Origin: Trueperaceae bacterium
Lineage (GTDB): Bacteria > Deinococcota > Deinococci > Deinococcales > Trueperaceae
Length of the DNA stretch: 64,000 bases
Reading direction: 5' to 3'
NCBI GenBank assembly: GCA_040905465.1
Contig: JBBDRK010000067.1
Location: forward strand, 19,042 to 83,041
Translations under genes and position numbers: made by a program
Notes under the pieces: model-generated
The model's database searches: none
Seen by the model: the letters and a program-made list of their open reading frames with translations, nothing else
Told to the model about the DNA's origin: nothing
In this document: positions 35,843 to 44,910 of the stretch, one piece after another
Numbering within the stretch: the first letter of the stretch is position 1
Layout: every line of letters begins with the position of its first letter

Positions 35843-37870
35843 CTAGTTGCCGAAGTACCACTGATCGGGCCGTACCGGGTAGGTCCGCCCGTAGTTGAAG
35901 TGCTGAACCTGCCATTCCGTGACGTTGCGCAGGCTGTCCGCTACAACAGTCGGTCCCGGCAGATTGGAGACCAGGCCGATGATCGTCATGTTCTCCAGGT
36001 TGATTTGAACCAGCTCGCGACCGATTTCCAGGTAGCGCTCGGTCCCGGGCTGAATCGACCGCCACTCCTCAGCCAGTTCGAACATGCGGGCCGCCCAGGG
36101 CGGAGGCTTCTCGCCCTCGCTGCCGCCGCTGTTGATCCAGTTGAGCCAGGGCACGCCGAACAGGGGGCCTATGTCGGTGTAAGGAGGTATGTAGTAGTTG
36201 ATCTGGCTGATGAGGTTCGGCTCGTACGGAGCGTCCCACTCCATGTTGATGTCGTTCTCGTTGTTCCACGCCTTTTCGCGGGTAAGGGCGCTGGTAATTT
36301 CGCGTGATTGAACCGAGATGCCCACGTCCCGCCAGTAGTCGCTCACCAGCTGCACCAGCTCGGGAGAGGCGAACTGCGACGAGTACTCCCACAGGATCTG
36401 CATGGGACGGCCGTCGGGGCGGACTCGCCTGCCGTCGGAGCCACGCGCCATGCCCATTTCGTCGAGGAGCGCATTGGCCCTGTCGACGTCGAAGTCGATC
36501 ATGTAATTGCGGTCCGCATCCGTAGTGAACGGAGATTTGGGGGGCAGGGCCTGTTTGGGAGTGCCGAGGCCGAAGTAGAGGGTCTCGTTGAGCTCGTCAC
36601 GGTCGATCGCCAGGGACATTGCCTGGCGGAAGCGCACGTCGCCGTAGATCTGACGGAGAACCGGGTCACGGTGGGTGATGTTGAACGCGATATGGCTGCC
36701 GACCGAGCCTGGCGGCAATCGCATGGCGTACCCGCCGGCTGCCTCGTTCTCCTTCAGAAGCGGGTAGTCGGCCAGCCTGACCCCCTGGGCCTTCTGATGT
36801 ACCTCGCCGTTCAGGATCGCGAGGATGTTCAGTTCCGGGTCGAGGAAGCGCTCGATATGGCGGTCGACGTACGGAAGCTGCTGTCCGCGCGTATCTACCT
36901 TGAAGTAGTAGGGGTTGGCGACGAAGACGCGGCGCTGCGTGTCCGCCTCGATCTCCAGGACGTGGCTTTCGAGGGTGGGTCGCGTGAGGGCATGGGCGGT
37001 CAGGACCTCTGCGTCTTTCCACTTGTCCCAGATCTGGCCGAACCGCTGCGTCCAGCCGTCGAAACCCGCGTCGCGAGCCTCCTGATCGGCATTTTGGTTG
37101 TAGCTGATGTGATACGGCTTGTAATGTTCTGCCGGAGCGTACGGAGCGAAGTAGGAGCCGCCGGTGGCGAAGTAGTGGAGCAGGCCGGGATTGGGAGCCG
37201 CGAAGCGGAAGGTGAAGGTGAGGTCGTCGACCTTCTCCACGACCACCGGTTCTCCGGCCACCAGCCAGGGCGCCGGGACTGTCCCGTGCAACTCCTGATT
37301 CTTGACCAGGTCATCGATGTAGAAGACGACGTCGTCTGCCGTGAATGGGGAACCGTCCGACCACTTGTGCCCTTCGCGCAGCACGAAGGTGATCGCACTC
37401 AGGTCATCGTTCCAGGTCCACGACTTGGCGACGTTTGGCACTATCGTCCTCAGGTCGTCGCTCATCCTCACCAGGTTGACCTGCCGCCAGCTCAGGAACT
37501 CAGACGTGCCGGATTCCGGCGCGCGCGACGTGCCACGCAATGATCCGCCGTAGACGCCGCAGCTCTCATAAGGGATCACAACCAGCGGTTCGGCCGGAAG
37601 GCGCTCGTCAACAGGCGGAAGTTGGCCTGCCGCCACTGCTTGCGCGAAGAGCGGGTTGTCACTGAAGGTGAGCGAGGAACCGGTCTGCGCCTCGAGTTCC
37701 GCGAGTTCGAGCTGTTGCGGCCACTCCGCCGTGAGGCCGTTTGGCGCGGCAACCGTGATGCACTCCTGTGCGGAAGCGACGAGCGTCAGTCCGGCGAGGG
37801 CGCTGAAAATCAGGCCTAAGAGGCAGGAGCGAGCGGTCGTGCTGGAATATCCAAGAACATTTTTCGACAC
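35843..37870 (-). CDS. ABC transporter substrate-binding protein, family 5 (large subtype often linked to sugars)
   Basis: GQLPPVDERLPAEP, GVYGG, KWSDGSPFTADD, NPYYFKVD..GQQLPY.D; signal peptide. Confidence 0.9.
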   Translation of the reverse strand: MSKNVLGYSSTTARSCLLGLIFSALAGLTLVASAQECITVAAPNGLTAEWPQQLELAELEAQTGSSLTFSDNPLFAQAVAAGQLPPVDERLPAEPLVVIPYESCGVYGGSLRGTSRAPESGTSEFLSWRQVNLVRMSDDLRTIVPNVAKSWTWNDDLSAITFVLREGHKWSDGSPFTADDVVFYIDDLVKNQELHGTVPAPWLVAGEPVVVEKVDDLTFTFRFAAPNPGLLHYFATGGSYFAPYAPAEHYKPYHISYNQNADQEARDAGFDGWTQRFGQIWDKWKDAEVLTAHALTRPTLESHVLEIEADTQRRVFVANPYYFKVDTRGQQLPYVDRHIERFLDPELNILAILNGEVHQKAQGVRLADYPLLKENEAAGGYAMRLPPGSVGSHIAFNITHRDPVLRQIYGDVRFRQAMSLAIDRDELNETLYFGLGTPKQALPPKSPFTTDADRNYMIDFDVDRANALLDEMGMARGSDGRRVRPDGRPMQILWEYSSQFASPELVQLVSDYWRDVGISVQSREITSALTREKAWNNENDINMEWDAPYEPNLISQINYYIPPYTDIGPLFGVPWLNWINSGGSEGEKPPPWAARMFELAEEWRSIQPGTERYLEIGRELVQINLENMTIIGLVSNLPGPTVVADSLRNVTEWQVQHFNYGRTYPVRPDQWYFGN

Positions 37871-38117
37871 TGCAGACTCTCCTTGTGCTCGAGTTCGAGT
37901 CGGATTTTCGGTTGCTGGCCTTCCGCCGGGTACGGCTCAACTGGAGGTTCGTGCGGTCTCCGAGCAAGCGGTTGATCTGGCGGGGGCAGGTAGCCGATTC
38001 CGAACGCTAGCGGCGCGTGGCCGGACCGGTAATCTCGAATTTCGTCCTTTCTCCGATGGCTGCGAACGGGAGCGGTGAAGCGACCGCAAAGCAGCCACTT
38101 CGGAGGGAATGCGAATT

Positions 38118-38159
38118 TGGTATAGGCCAGAGTGTAGCCAAGCGCGTAGGTGATGTCAA
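38118..38159 (-). promoter_or_regulatory. Sigma70 promoter with GntR(UTRA)-type operator for the transporter operon
   Basis: TTGACA (38154-38159), 17 bp, TACACT (38131-38136), then TGGCCTATACCA (38118-38129). Confidence 0.75.
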
Positions 38160-38236
38160 GTGAGAAGCAACTCCTCCGCGTGCCGCGACGAGATGATCGT
38201 GTTGCCTTCGGAAGAGTCCGACCTCGGTTTGCAGAC

Positions 38237-39430
38237 TTACTCGAGTGGGCGGAGCCTCTCCCACCAGGGCTTTTGTTCGCCGTCGCCAACATAGTGGCCG
38301 TCGGCCGGGGCGACAACGTCAGGAGTGCTGCCGGAGCGCGAACTGTCGCTATCCGGCTCGGGCGGGCACGCCAGGGGGAGACCGCGTTCGACCAGGAGTT
38401 CGACCGCCAATCGTGAAAGTCCCAGGCAGGACGAAAGGCCGGTCGATCGGATGCCGGCGATGTTGAGAAGCGACGGTGTTCGCTCGGACCAGTCGACTAT
38501 GTAGCTGTGTGGATGCCCGACCGGCCTCAGTCCCGCCCACGAGCCGACCACTTCCAGGTTCTTCAGCGGTGGAAAGAGCTCTACCGCCTGCTCTGTTATC
38601 GCCTCGAGTTCGGAGGCTCGCGGTTTCCAGTCGTCCTTGTCCACCTGGTCGACGGCACTGGGACCGGCGCAGATGTTGCCGTGAACTGTCGGGAATACCA
38701 ATACGCCCTTTGTCCGCTCGTTGGGTACGGGCAGCAGGATGTGAGCGAGGGAGATGCTGTCTGCTCTGCCGTACACCACGAACTCGCCTCGCCGCGGGGA
38801 GATGCGAAACGAGTCGTCACCCGCAACCTCATCGGCGTACAGGCCGGCGCAGTTCACTGCATAGTCGGCCGACACGGTTCCGGCGGGACCGACCACTCGT
38901 AGCGACGCACCAGACTGTTCGATCCGCGTTACCGGCCAACTGAGGCGCACCTCCGGGCCACCGGTGAGGAGTCGCCTGACTGCCTCGTACGGGTCGGTAA
39001 TGGCTTCGCCCGGCACCAGCAGCGCTGCCTCTGCCACCACAGCAGGTTCGAACCGCCTTAGCCGTTCCCCCGTCACGATCTCGGTGTCGACTCCGTTCCG
39101 TTCGGCGTTTTCGGCGAGTCCGTTCAAGGCAGCCAACTGGCTCTCGCTGTTGGCGAGCACCAGTGCCCCCGGCGTCCGATGGGGAATTCGGAGCTCGTCG
39201 AATACCCTGCGCCAGCGCCTGCCTTGCGCGAGTATCATGCGCGCCTCGAGGCTTTGCGGGGCCGCGTCGAAACCGGTGCACAAGATGCCCGAGTTCGAGC
39301 GGCTCGCTCCGGCGGCAATTTGCGGTGCCGCCTCCAGAACCACGGTTTTCACCCCGGCGCCGTGTAGTTCCCTCGCTACGGCCGCCCCAACGAGCCCGGC
39401 CCCTACGACCGCTACCTGGAACTGCTCCAC
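38237..39430 (-). CDS. FAD-dependent oxidoreductase, GlpA/LhgO-like (DAO family), copy 2
   Basis: Same motifs as 30292-31449 (ASRSNSGIL.TGFD, TKGVLVFPT, WAGLRPVGHPH, IRSTGLS). Confidence 0.85.
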   Translation of the reverse strand: MEQFQVAVVGAGLVGAAVARELHGAGVKTVVLEAAPQIAAGASRSNSGILCTGFDAAPQSLEARMILAQGRRWRRVFDELRIPHRTPGALVLANSESQLAALNGLAENAERNGVDTEIVTGERLRRFEPAVVAEAALLVPGEAITDPYEAVRRLLTGGPEVRLSWPVTRIEQSGASLRVVGPAGTVSADYAVNCAGLYADEVAGDDSFRISPRRGEFVVYGRADSISLAHILLPVPNERTKGVLVFPTVHGNICAGPSAVDQVDKDDWKPRASELEAITEQAVELFPPLKNLEVVGSWAGLRPVGHPHSYIVDWSERTPSLLNIAGIRSTGLSSCLGLSRLAVELLVERGLPLACPPEPDSDSSRSGSTPDVVAPADGHYVGDGEQKPWWERLRPLE

Positions 39431-39478
39431 GCCGAACCTCCACGCCCTGCAACTGTCCCGAGAGTCGTCCCCAACGCC

Positions 39479-40240
39479 TCACTCACCGCGGCCGGCGGCT
39501 GCCGTGGTGAACACGATGCGGTCGCCGCGATAGTAATCCCTTGCGAACTCGACCGGAATCCCCGAGCTGTTCCAGGCGATCCGGGTGACCCGAAACGCCA
39601 TCACGTCGGGTCGGGTTTCGAGTGCACGTGCTCGAGCGGCGCCCAACTGGGTGAGCTCAAGCTCCTGATGGAAGCGCTGCAGCCTCTGTCCGTACTGGTC
39701 TTGCAGTAGGCCGTAGACGGAGTAGGTGGTGAGATCGTGCGCGAGCAGGCCGGGGAAACACTGCTCCGGAAAGTAGGATTCCTCCAGGACCAGTGGTTCT
39801 CCGTTGCCCGTGCGTTGGCGTATCACCTGGTGGACGCGGTCCTGACGACCCAACTCCAACGCTGCACCTACCTCGGAGGGAACGGCGCTCGCGCGAGCCG
39901 TGCGTGCCTGTATCAACGATGCACCCGGGATTATGCCCACACCCTTGAACTGGTCGGTCAGTCCGGCCGTGGTGGATAGGCTGAGCCGAACCTTCGGCTG
40001 AGCGACGTAGGTGCCGGACCGGTCCTTGCGCTCGACGATCCCCCGTTGCGCAAGGTGCTCTACCGCCGCCCTGGCCGTCATCCGCGAAATTCCATACTGA
40101 TCCGCCAACTTTCGTTCGGCGGGTATGCGCGAGCCGGGCGGCATCTCACCGCGTTCAATCTGCCACGCGATCTGCTCGGCCACCTTACGGAAGGCCGGCG
40201 TCGCACTCTGAGCTTCAGCACTGATGGGCAAGTCGATCAT
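39479..40240 (-). CDS. GntR family regulator, HutC/UTRA subfamily
   Basis: IPAERKLADQYGISRMTARAA, GTYV; UTRA domain ending EFARDYYRGDR. Confidence 0.92.
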   Translation of the reverse strand: MIDLPISAEAQSATPAFRKVAEQIAWQIERGEMPPGSRIPAERKLADQYGISRMTARAAVEHLAQRGIVERKDRSGTYVAQPKVRLSLSTTAGLTDQFKGVGIIPGASLIQARTARASAVPSEVGAALELGRQDRVHQVIRQRTGNGEPLVLEESYFPEQCFPGLLAHDLTTYSVYGLLQDQYGQRLQRFHQELELTQLGAARARALETRPDVMAFRVTRIAWNSSGIPVEFARDYYRGDRIVFTTAAAGRGE

Positions 40241-40265
40241 CCCCGGAGTTCGGCGTCAGTGGTAC

Positions 40266-40318
40266 TGGTATGGTCCAGATAACGCCGAATTGTAGCCAAC
40301 GCAGGTGCCGCGGGTCAA
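40266..40318 (-). promoter_or_regulatory. Promoter with GntR-type operator upstream of gntR
   Basis: TTGACC (40313-40318), 18 bp, TACAAT (40289-40294); TGGACCATACCA (40266-40277). Confidence 0.68.
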
Positions 40319-40349
40319 CGAGAGGTATTGGAGCAGCCCGAATCGCGAA

Positions 40350-41366
40350 CTATGCCGGTGCCCTGCCGATACTCTGCCTGACTACTAGTTTGGGCGTGGT
40401 AACGATCCGCTTCGATTCGAGGCTGGTTTCCCTGATGCGAGTGATGACCCGAAGTACCGCCTCGGTCGCCAGTTGCGCCGAGGCCTGGTCCACTGAGGTG
40501 AGCCCAACCGGTGCGTTGGACGCAAGGTAGGAGTTGTCGTAACCGACCAGCGACACCTGTTGTGGGACGCGAAGACCCTTCTCCAAGAGAACTCTGAGGA
40601 CCCCGATGGCGGAGTAGTCGTTGGCGGCGAAAATGGCTGTGGGCACGTCAGCATGCAGAAACAGTCCGGCCGCAGCCTTCTCGCCGCCTTCGCTGGTGTA
40701 GTTACCTGGCACGATCAGCGCTTCCGAGCCGAGCCCGTTCTCGCGCATGGCGGCCAGGTAGCCCATGCGCCTTTCCTCCGCTCCTGCGCCGCGCCCGCCA
40801 TCGAGATGCGCTATCCGTCGGTGCCCCAACTGCACCAGATGTTCCACCACCAGGCGGGCCCCGGCTTCATCGTCCACGTAGACCGCATCCATATTCGGTA
40901 GCGAAACGTTTCGGCCTATCGTGGCGCAGGGGATCTCGTCAGCGATCTTGGCGATCTGTTCGTCGGTCAGTGGGACTCCGACGAACATGAGCCCTGCGAT
41001 CTGCGTTGCCATCAGCGTTTGCATCGCATGGAAGGATTGGTCGCCGTCCAAGGAGACGGTGCTCAGGATCACCTCGTACCCCTCCCGGTAGCCCACATCC
41101 GCTGCCTTCGCCGCGATCGCCGCATGGTGCGGGTTTTTCAGGGTTCCGATGAGGAGCCCGAGGACCTTGCTGCTGGCACTGGCAAGGCTTCTTGCGCTGA
41201 CGTTGGGGAAGTAGGAAAGCCGGCGGGCCGCCTCGAGGATCGCCGTTCGTGAGCGGGCCGCTACGCCCGGTTCACCACGCAGTGCAAGGGAGGCCAGCGA
41301 ACGCGAAACGCCGGCGACGCGAGCCACGTCCTCGAGGGTCGGCCGTTTCGTCTGGGCGTTCTTCAC
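40350..41366 (-). CDS. LacI family transcriptional regulator
   Basis: PTLEDVARVAGVSRSLASLALRG, LGHRRIAH, FAAND, VSLVGYDN. Confidence 0.93.
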   Translation of the reverse strand: MKNAQTKRPTLEDVARVAGVSRSLASLALRGEPGVAARSRTAILEAARRLSYFPNVSARSLASASSKVLGLLIGTLKNPHHAAIAAKAADVGYREGYEVILSTVSLDGDQSFHAMQTLMATQIAGLMFVGVPLTDEQIAKIADEIPCATIGRNVSLPNMDAVYVDDEAGARLVVEHLVQLGHRRIAHLDGGRGAGAEERRMGYLAAMRENGLGSEALIVPGNYTSEGGEKAAAGLFLHADVPTAIFAANDYSAIGVLRVLLEKGLRVPQQVSLVGYDNSYLASNAPVGLTSVDQASAQLATEAVLRVITRIRETSLESKRIVTTPKLVVRQSIGRAPA

Positions 41367-42295
41367 GTCGTTGCGATCAGCGATCGCAGAAGCTCGACCG
41401 ATTCGGTAACGCCGTCGAGGGGCGGCTGATCCACGTCTTCATGCTCGATGCTCAGGACGTCGTTGTAACCGCTCCGACTTAGCGCAGAGCAGAACTCGCC
41501 CCAGAAGGCGGACTGTCGGCCGTGCCCGAGCGTCACGTAGTTCCAACTTCTTCTAGCGTGGTCCGCTGCCGGCCTGGTTTGGACGAGGCCATTTACCGGG
41601 AGCAGCTCGGGGTTTGTTCGAGTGTCCTTGGCGTGGACATGGTAGATGAACTCTCCCAACGCCTCGACAGCGGCAATCGGGTCGGCCCCCATCCACATCA
41701 GGTGACTGGGGTCGAGGTTCACTCCCACCACATCTCCGATCGCCTCGCGTAGCCTGAAGAACGTCTCGACGTTATAGACGTTCTGATGGCCGTGAAGTTC
41801 CAGACACAGGTCGATTCCCCTGGCCCGCGCGTAGGGGGCCAACTCTCGCCAGTACGGCAATACCGACTCGTTCCACTGCCACTCCAGAATCCGCGTCGTC
41901 TCCGGAGGCCAAGCGACGGTTACCCAGTTGGGGTGGAGGTCGCCGGGACCGCCGGGGCAACCCGACATCATGACTACTCGACGCACTCCGAGCAGTGCGG
42001 CCAGATCTATGGTCCAACGGGTGATGCGCGCATGCTCCTCGCCGCTGGGACCAGGGTGCAACGGATTCCCCGAACAGTTCAGAGCGCTGATCTCAAGGCC
42101 GTGTTCCTCGATCCTTGCCGTAAAGTTGCGTCTCAGTGGTTCGCTGCCCAGCAGTTCACCGATCGCCAGGTGCGGTGCCCCCGACCAGCATCCGGTTCCG
42201 AACTCGAGGCAATCCAAGGACAGACCGGCGGCCGTGGTCAGCAATGTGTCGAGTGACAGTCGATCCAGACTATCCGTCACGAGTCCGATCTTCAT
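41363..42295 (-). CDS. Sugar phosphate isomerase/epimerase family TIM barrel (IolH / 3-ketoglycoside eliminase-like)
   Basis: LEFGTG.WS.APH, SALNCSGNPLHP, LELH, NLDPSHL.WMGADP, YHVHAKD, SIEHED. Confidence 0.85.
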   Translation of the reverse strand: MKIGLVTDSLDRLSLDTLLTTAAGLSLDCLEFGTGCWSGAPHLAIGELLGSEPLRRNFTARIEEHGLEISALNCSGNPLHPGPSGEEHARITRWTIDLAALLGVRRVVMMSGCPGGPGDLHPNWVTVAWPPETTRILEWQWNESVLPYWRELAPYARARGIDLCLELHGHQNVYNVETFFRLREAIGDVVGVNLDPSHLMWMGADPIAAVEALGEFIYHVHAKDTRTNPELLPVNGLVQTRPAADHARRSWNYVTLGHGRQSAFWGEFCSALSRSGYNDVLSIEHEDVDQPPLDGVTESVELLRSLIATT

Positions 42296-42298
42296 AGG

Positions 42299-43477
42299 CT
42301 ATCCCTTGACTCCCTCGACGGCCCCTCGAACGTCGGCGACGGCTATGCCGTTGCCGGAACCGACCGCTTGCTCCACGGCCGCTATCACCAGCGCTACCTC
42401 GTATCCGTCATCGAATCCACCGTCGGTAAAGGGTTCACCCCTGCTGGCGGCGTCGAGGTAGTCGTGTATCTGCATGGCGAATACTTCAGCGTAACCGAAT
42501 CCCACACCTCGTACCGGCACGGTCAGTGTCTGGAAGAACGCGTCGTCCGGGCCCGCCTCCACTCGCCTGAATCCCGGCGAAGCCTGGCGTCTCGAGGCGA
42601 CCTCGTACTCAGCCATCCTGGCGTAGTCGAACCTGACGGTCTGCTCTCGTCCGAGCAGTACGAACGACAAACCGTTCCCGTATCCGGCGGCGACGCGGCT
42701 CATGGTCAGCTGGGCCAGGCAGCCGTTTGCGAACGTCAACGTCGCCGAGACCAGGTCCTCATTGTCGACGCTCCCTGTCTCTTCGCTGCTAGCGCTGGCT
42801 CGACTGTCGCTACCCCCCTGTAGGAGTGGACGGGTGGTGATTACGGTCCTCGCCTGGGCGCTGTCCACACGCACGATCTCGCCGCAGCAACAGCGTGCCA
42901 GATCGATTAGGTGCGAGCCGACGTCGGCGAGGACGCCCGGGCCGGCCAGAGAGCGTCGGTACCTCCAGGAGAGCGGCGACTCGGGATCGGCCCCGTAGTC
43001 CGCTAGGTATTGACCCTGGAAGTGCAGGAGATCGCCGAATCTTCCCCGTTGCGCCAGTTCACGAATCGCCGATACGGCAGGTATCCGCCGGTAGTTGAAG
43101 ACGGTGCCGGCGGTAACGCCCGCGTCCTTTGCCGCGCAGTTCAGCTGGTACGCGTCGGCCACGTCGTTCGCCAGCGGCTTCTCGCAAAGTACGTTCTTGC
43201 CTGCCGCCATCAGGGCCAACGCGATTCTATGGTGGAGGTGGTTCGGAACGGCGAGACTGACCACGTCGACGCGGTCGTCGTGAAGCAACTCCTCCCACTG
43301 CCGCCCGCATTCGGCGAACGAGAATCGCGAGGCCAGCCTGTCCGCCGCTTCGCCGTCCTCGTCCACGATCTTGACGAGTGATACCGGGACCGCCTGGGGG
43401 AAGGTGCTTTGCAGGCGATAACCCTGGGCATGCGCCGCACCGATGGTGCCTGCGCCAACGATCGCTACTCCGAGCAT
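42299..43477 (-). CDS. Gfo/Idh/MocA dehydrogenase (inositol / levoglucosan dehydrogenase-like)
   Basis: GAGTIG.AH, PNHLH, CEKPLA, FNYRR.PA, ADPESPLSWR, D.GSH.ID. Confidence 0.88.
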   Translation of the reverse strand: MLGVAIVGAGTIGAAHAQGYRLQSTFPQAVPVSLVKIVDEDGEAADRLASRFSFAECGRQWEELLHDDRVDVVSLAVPNHLHHRIALALMAAGKNVLCEKPLANDVADAYQLNCAAKDAGVTAGTVFNYRRIPAVSAIRELAQRGRFGDLLHFQGQYLADYGADPESPLSWRYRRSLAGPGVLADVGSHLIDLARCCCGEIVRVDSAQARTVITTRPLLQGGSDSRASASSEETGSVDNEDLVSATLTFANGCLAQLTMSRVAAGYGNGLSFVLLGREQTVRFDYARMAEYEVASRRQASPGFRRVEAGPDDAFFQTLTVPVRGVGFGYAEVFAMQIHDYLDAASRGEPFTDGGFDDGYEVALVIAAVEQAVGSGNGIAVADVRGAVEGVKG

Positions 43478-43493
43478 TCCCTACCTCTTTTTC

Positions 43494-43682
43494 TGGAGCG
43501 CTCCAAGCAATGAGATCGCATAAATATAAAAATTGCTGTCTGAGCTGCCGTTTGTCAAGTCGGGGCTGTATGCGCACCAGGTCGCAAGCGGACCGGCAAA
43601 CCGGCAAACCGGTCATTGTTGACATAACCCGGTGACTTGTGCCAATAATGCACGTCAAACATTCATCTGTTGGAGCGCTCTA
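43494..43682. promoter_or_regulatory. Divergent promoter region with two LacI operators
   Basis: TGGAGCGCTCCA (43494-43505) and TGGAGCGCTCTA (43671-43682); TTGACA on both strands (43553-43558 minus, 43619-43624 plus). Confidence 0.72.
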
Positions 43683-43689
43683 TTTTCCC

Positions 43690-44014
43690 GCCGGGGCTTC
43701 CATGGCGGCTGGCCGGTAGAGGACTATCTGCGCGATCGGGTCGAAACGCTGGTCTCGCTGATTCCCGACGCCGTCGAGTTCTACATACGAGACAGTTTCG
43801 TCATGCAGGCGATCGGCGACGGCTTCAACCTCGTGCAGTTCGTTCACGAGTACTTGCCCGGGTCGTACGTCGACGTCTGGACAATTGACCATGGGAAACC
43901 CTGGACGGCGAAACGATGATTGCTGCCCTCGAGGCCGGCGCTGACCAGATCACCACCAACACCGCCTCTGACTGGGCCGACGTACTGGCCAAGTCGTCGA
44001 TCACTGCCGGCTAG
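43690..44014 (+). pseudogene. C-terminal remnant of a glycerophosphodiester phosphodiesterase (GDPD)-like gene, 5'-truncated and frameshifted
   Basis: ...VHEYLPGSYVDVWTIDHGKP then, after a frameshift near 43900, LDGETMIAALEAGADQITTNTASDW...*; VWT plus GADxITTN are GDPD C-terminal motifs; no start codon or RBS. Confidence 0.65.
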
Positions 44015-44263
44015 AGCCGATAGTCCAAACAGTCCCTTCGGGAGAGAGTCGTGCGGCAACGGGTGGGCCCCCTACTACTGCAGGGTCAGCTCACCTGGAT
44101 CGATCGGACGGTTCTGCCTCTCCGGCTCGGCATCACTATGTCCTTTCGGGCCCGTGGGCCGCTTGCTGCGGGCGCTCTATCTGGAAGCTAGCACGCTTCC
44201 GCTAGTAATACAAGCATTTTATGGTATAAGTCTAGCATTGCTCCCCCAAGGAGGGAAAACCCA

Positions 44264-44884
44264 GTGCCCAACCTCACCTCCGTCGATCGAAATCAGGCAC
44301 ACAGTCCGGCACCGTCCAACAAGAGTTCGGCGGCTCTCGTTCAACAACTCATAGCGAACCTCGGCGAGGACCCCACCCGCGAGGGCCTTCGAGGTACACC
44401 CGAGCGCGTCGACCGCTCACTGCAGTTTCTCACCAGCGGCTACAGCGCCGTGCCGTGCGAAGTCATAAACGGAGCGCTGTTCGAGTCCGAGGGTTCGGAG
44501 ATGGTGGTAGTAAAGGGTATCGATTTCTACTCCATGTGTGAACACCACCTGCTCCCCTTCTTCGGCAAGGCACACATCGCGTACATCCCCAGGGACAAGA
44601 TCCTTGGACTGAGCAAATTCGCTCGCATTGTCGACGTCTTCGCGCGACGACTGCAACTACAGGAGAGACTCACTCAACAAGTGGCCGACGCCCTTATGGA
44701 GCTCCTCGACCCACTGGGAATTGCCGTGGTCACCGACGCGAGCCACCTCTGCATGATGATGAGGGGCGTGCAAAAACAGGGGTCCACGACCCGAACCAGC
44801 GCGACACGTGGCGTCTTCGGCGAAGTAGCGGATGTTCGCCGGGAGTTCCTCGACTCCCTCGGCTCGTCCGTATCCGGCGTGTAA
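44264..44884 (+). CDS. folE: GTP cyclohydrolase I
   Basis: [48 protein letters not shown]. Confidence 0.96.
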   Translation: MPNLTSVDRNQAHSPAPSNKSSAALVQQLIANLGEDPTREGLRGTPERVDRSLQFLTSGYSAVPCEVINGALFESEGSEMVVVKGIDFYSMCEHHLLPFFGKAHIAYIPRDKILGLSKFARIVDVFARRLQLQERLTQQVADALMELLDPLGIAVVTDASHLCMMMRGVQKQGSTTRTSATRGVFGEVADVRREFLDSLGSSVSGV

Positions 44885-44910
44885 GCCGGATCGCGCAAGA
44901 TCTTCGTGGC

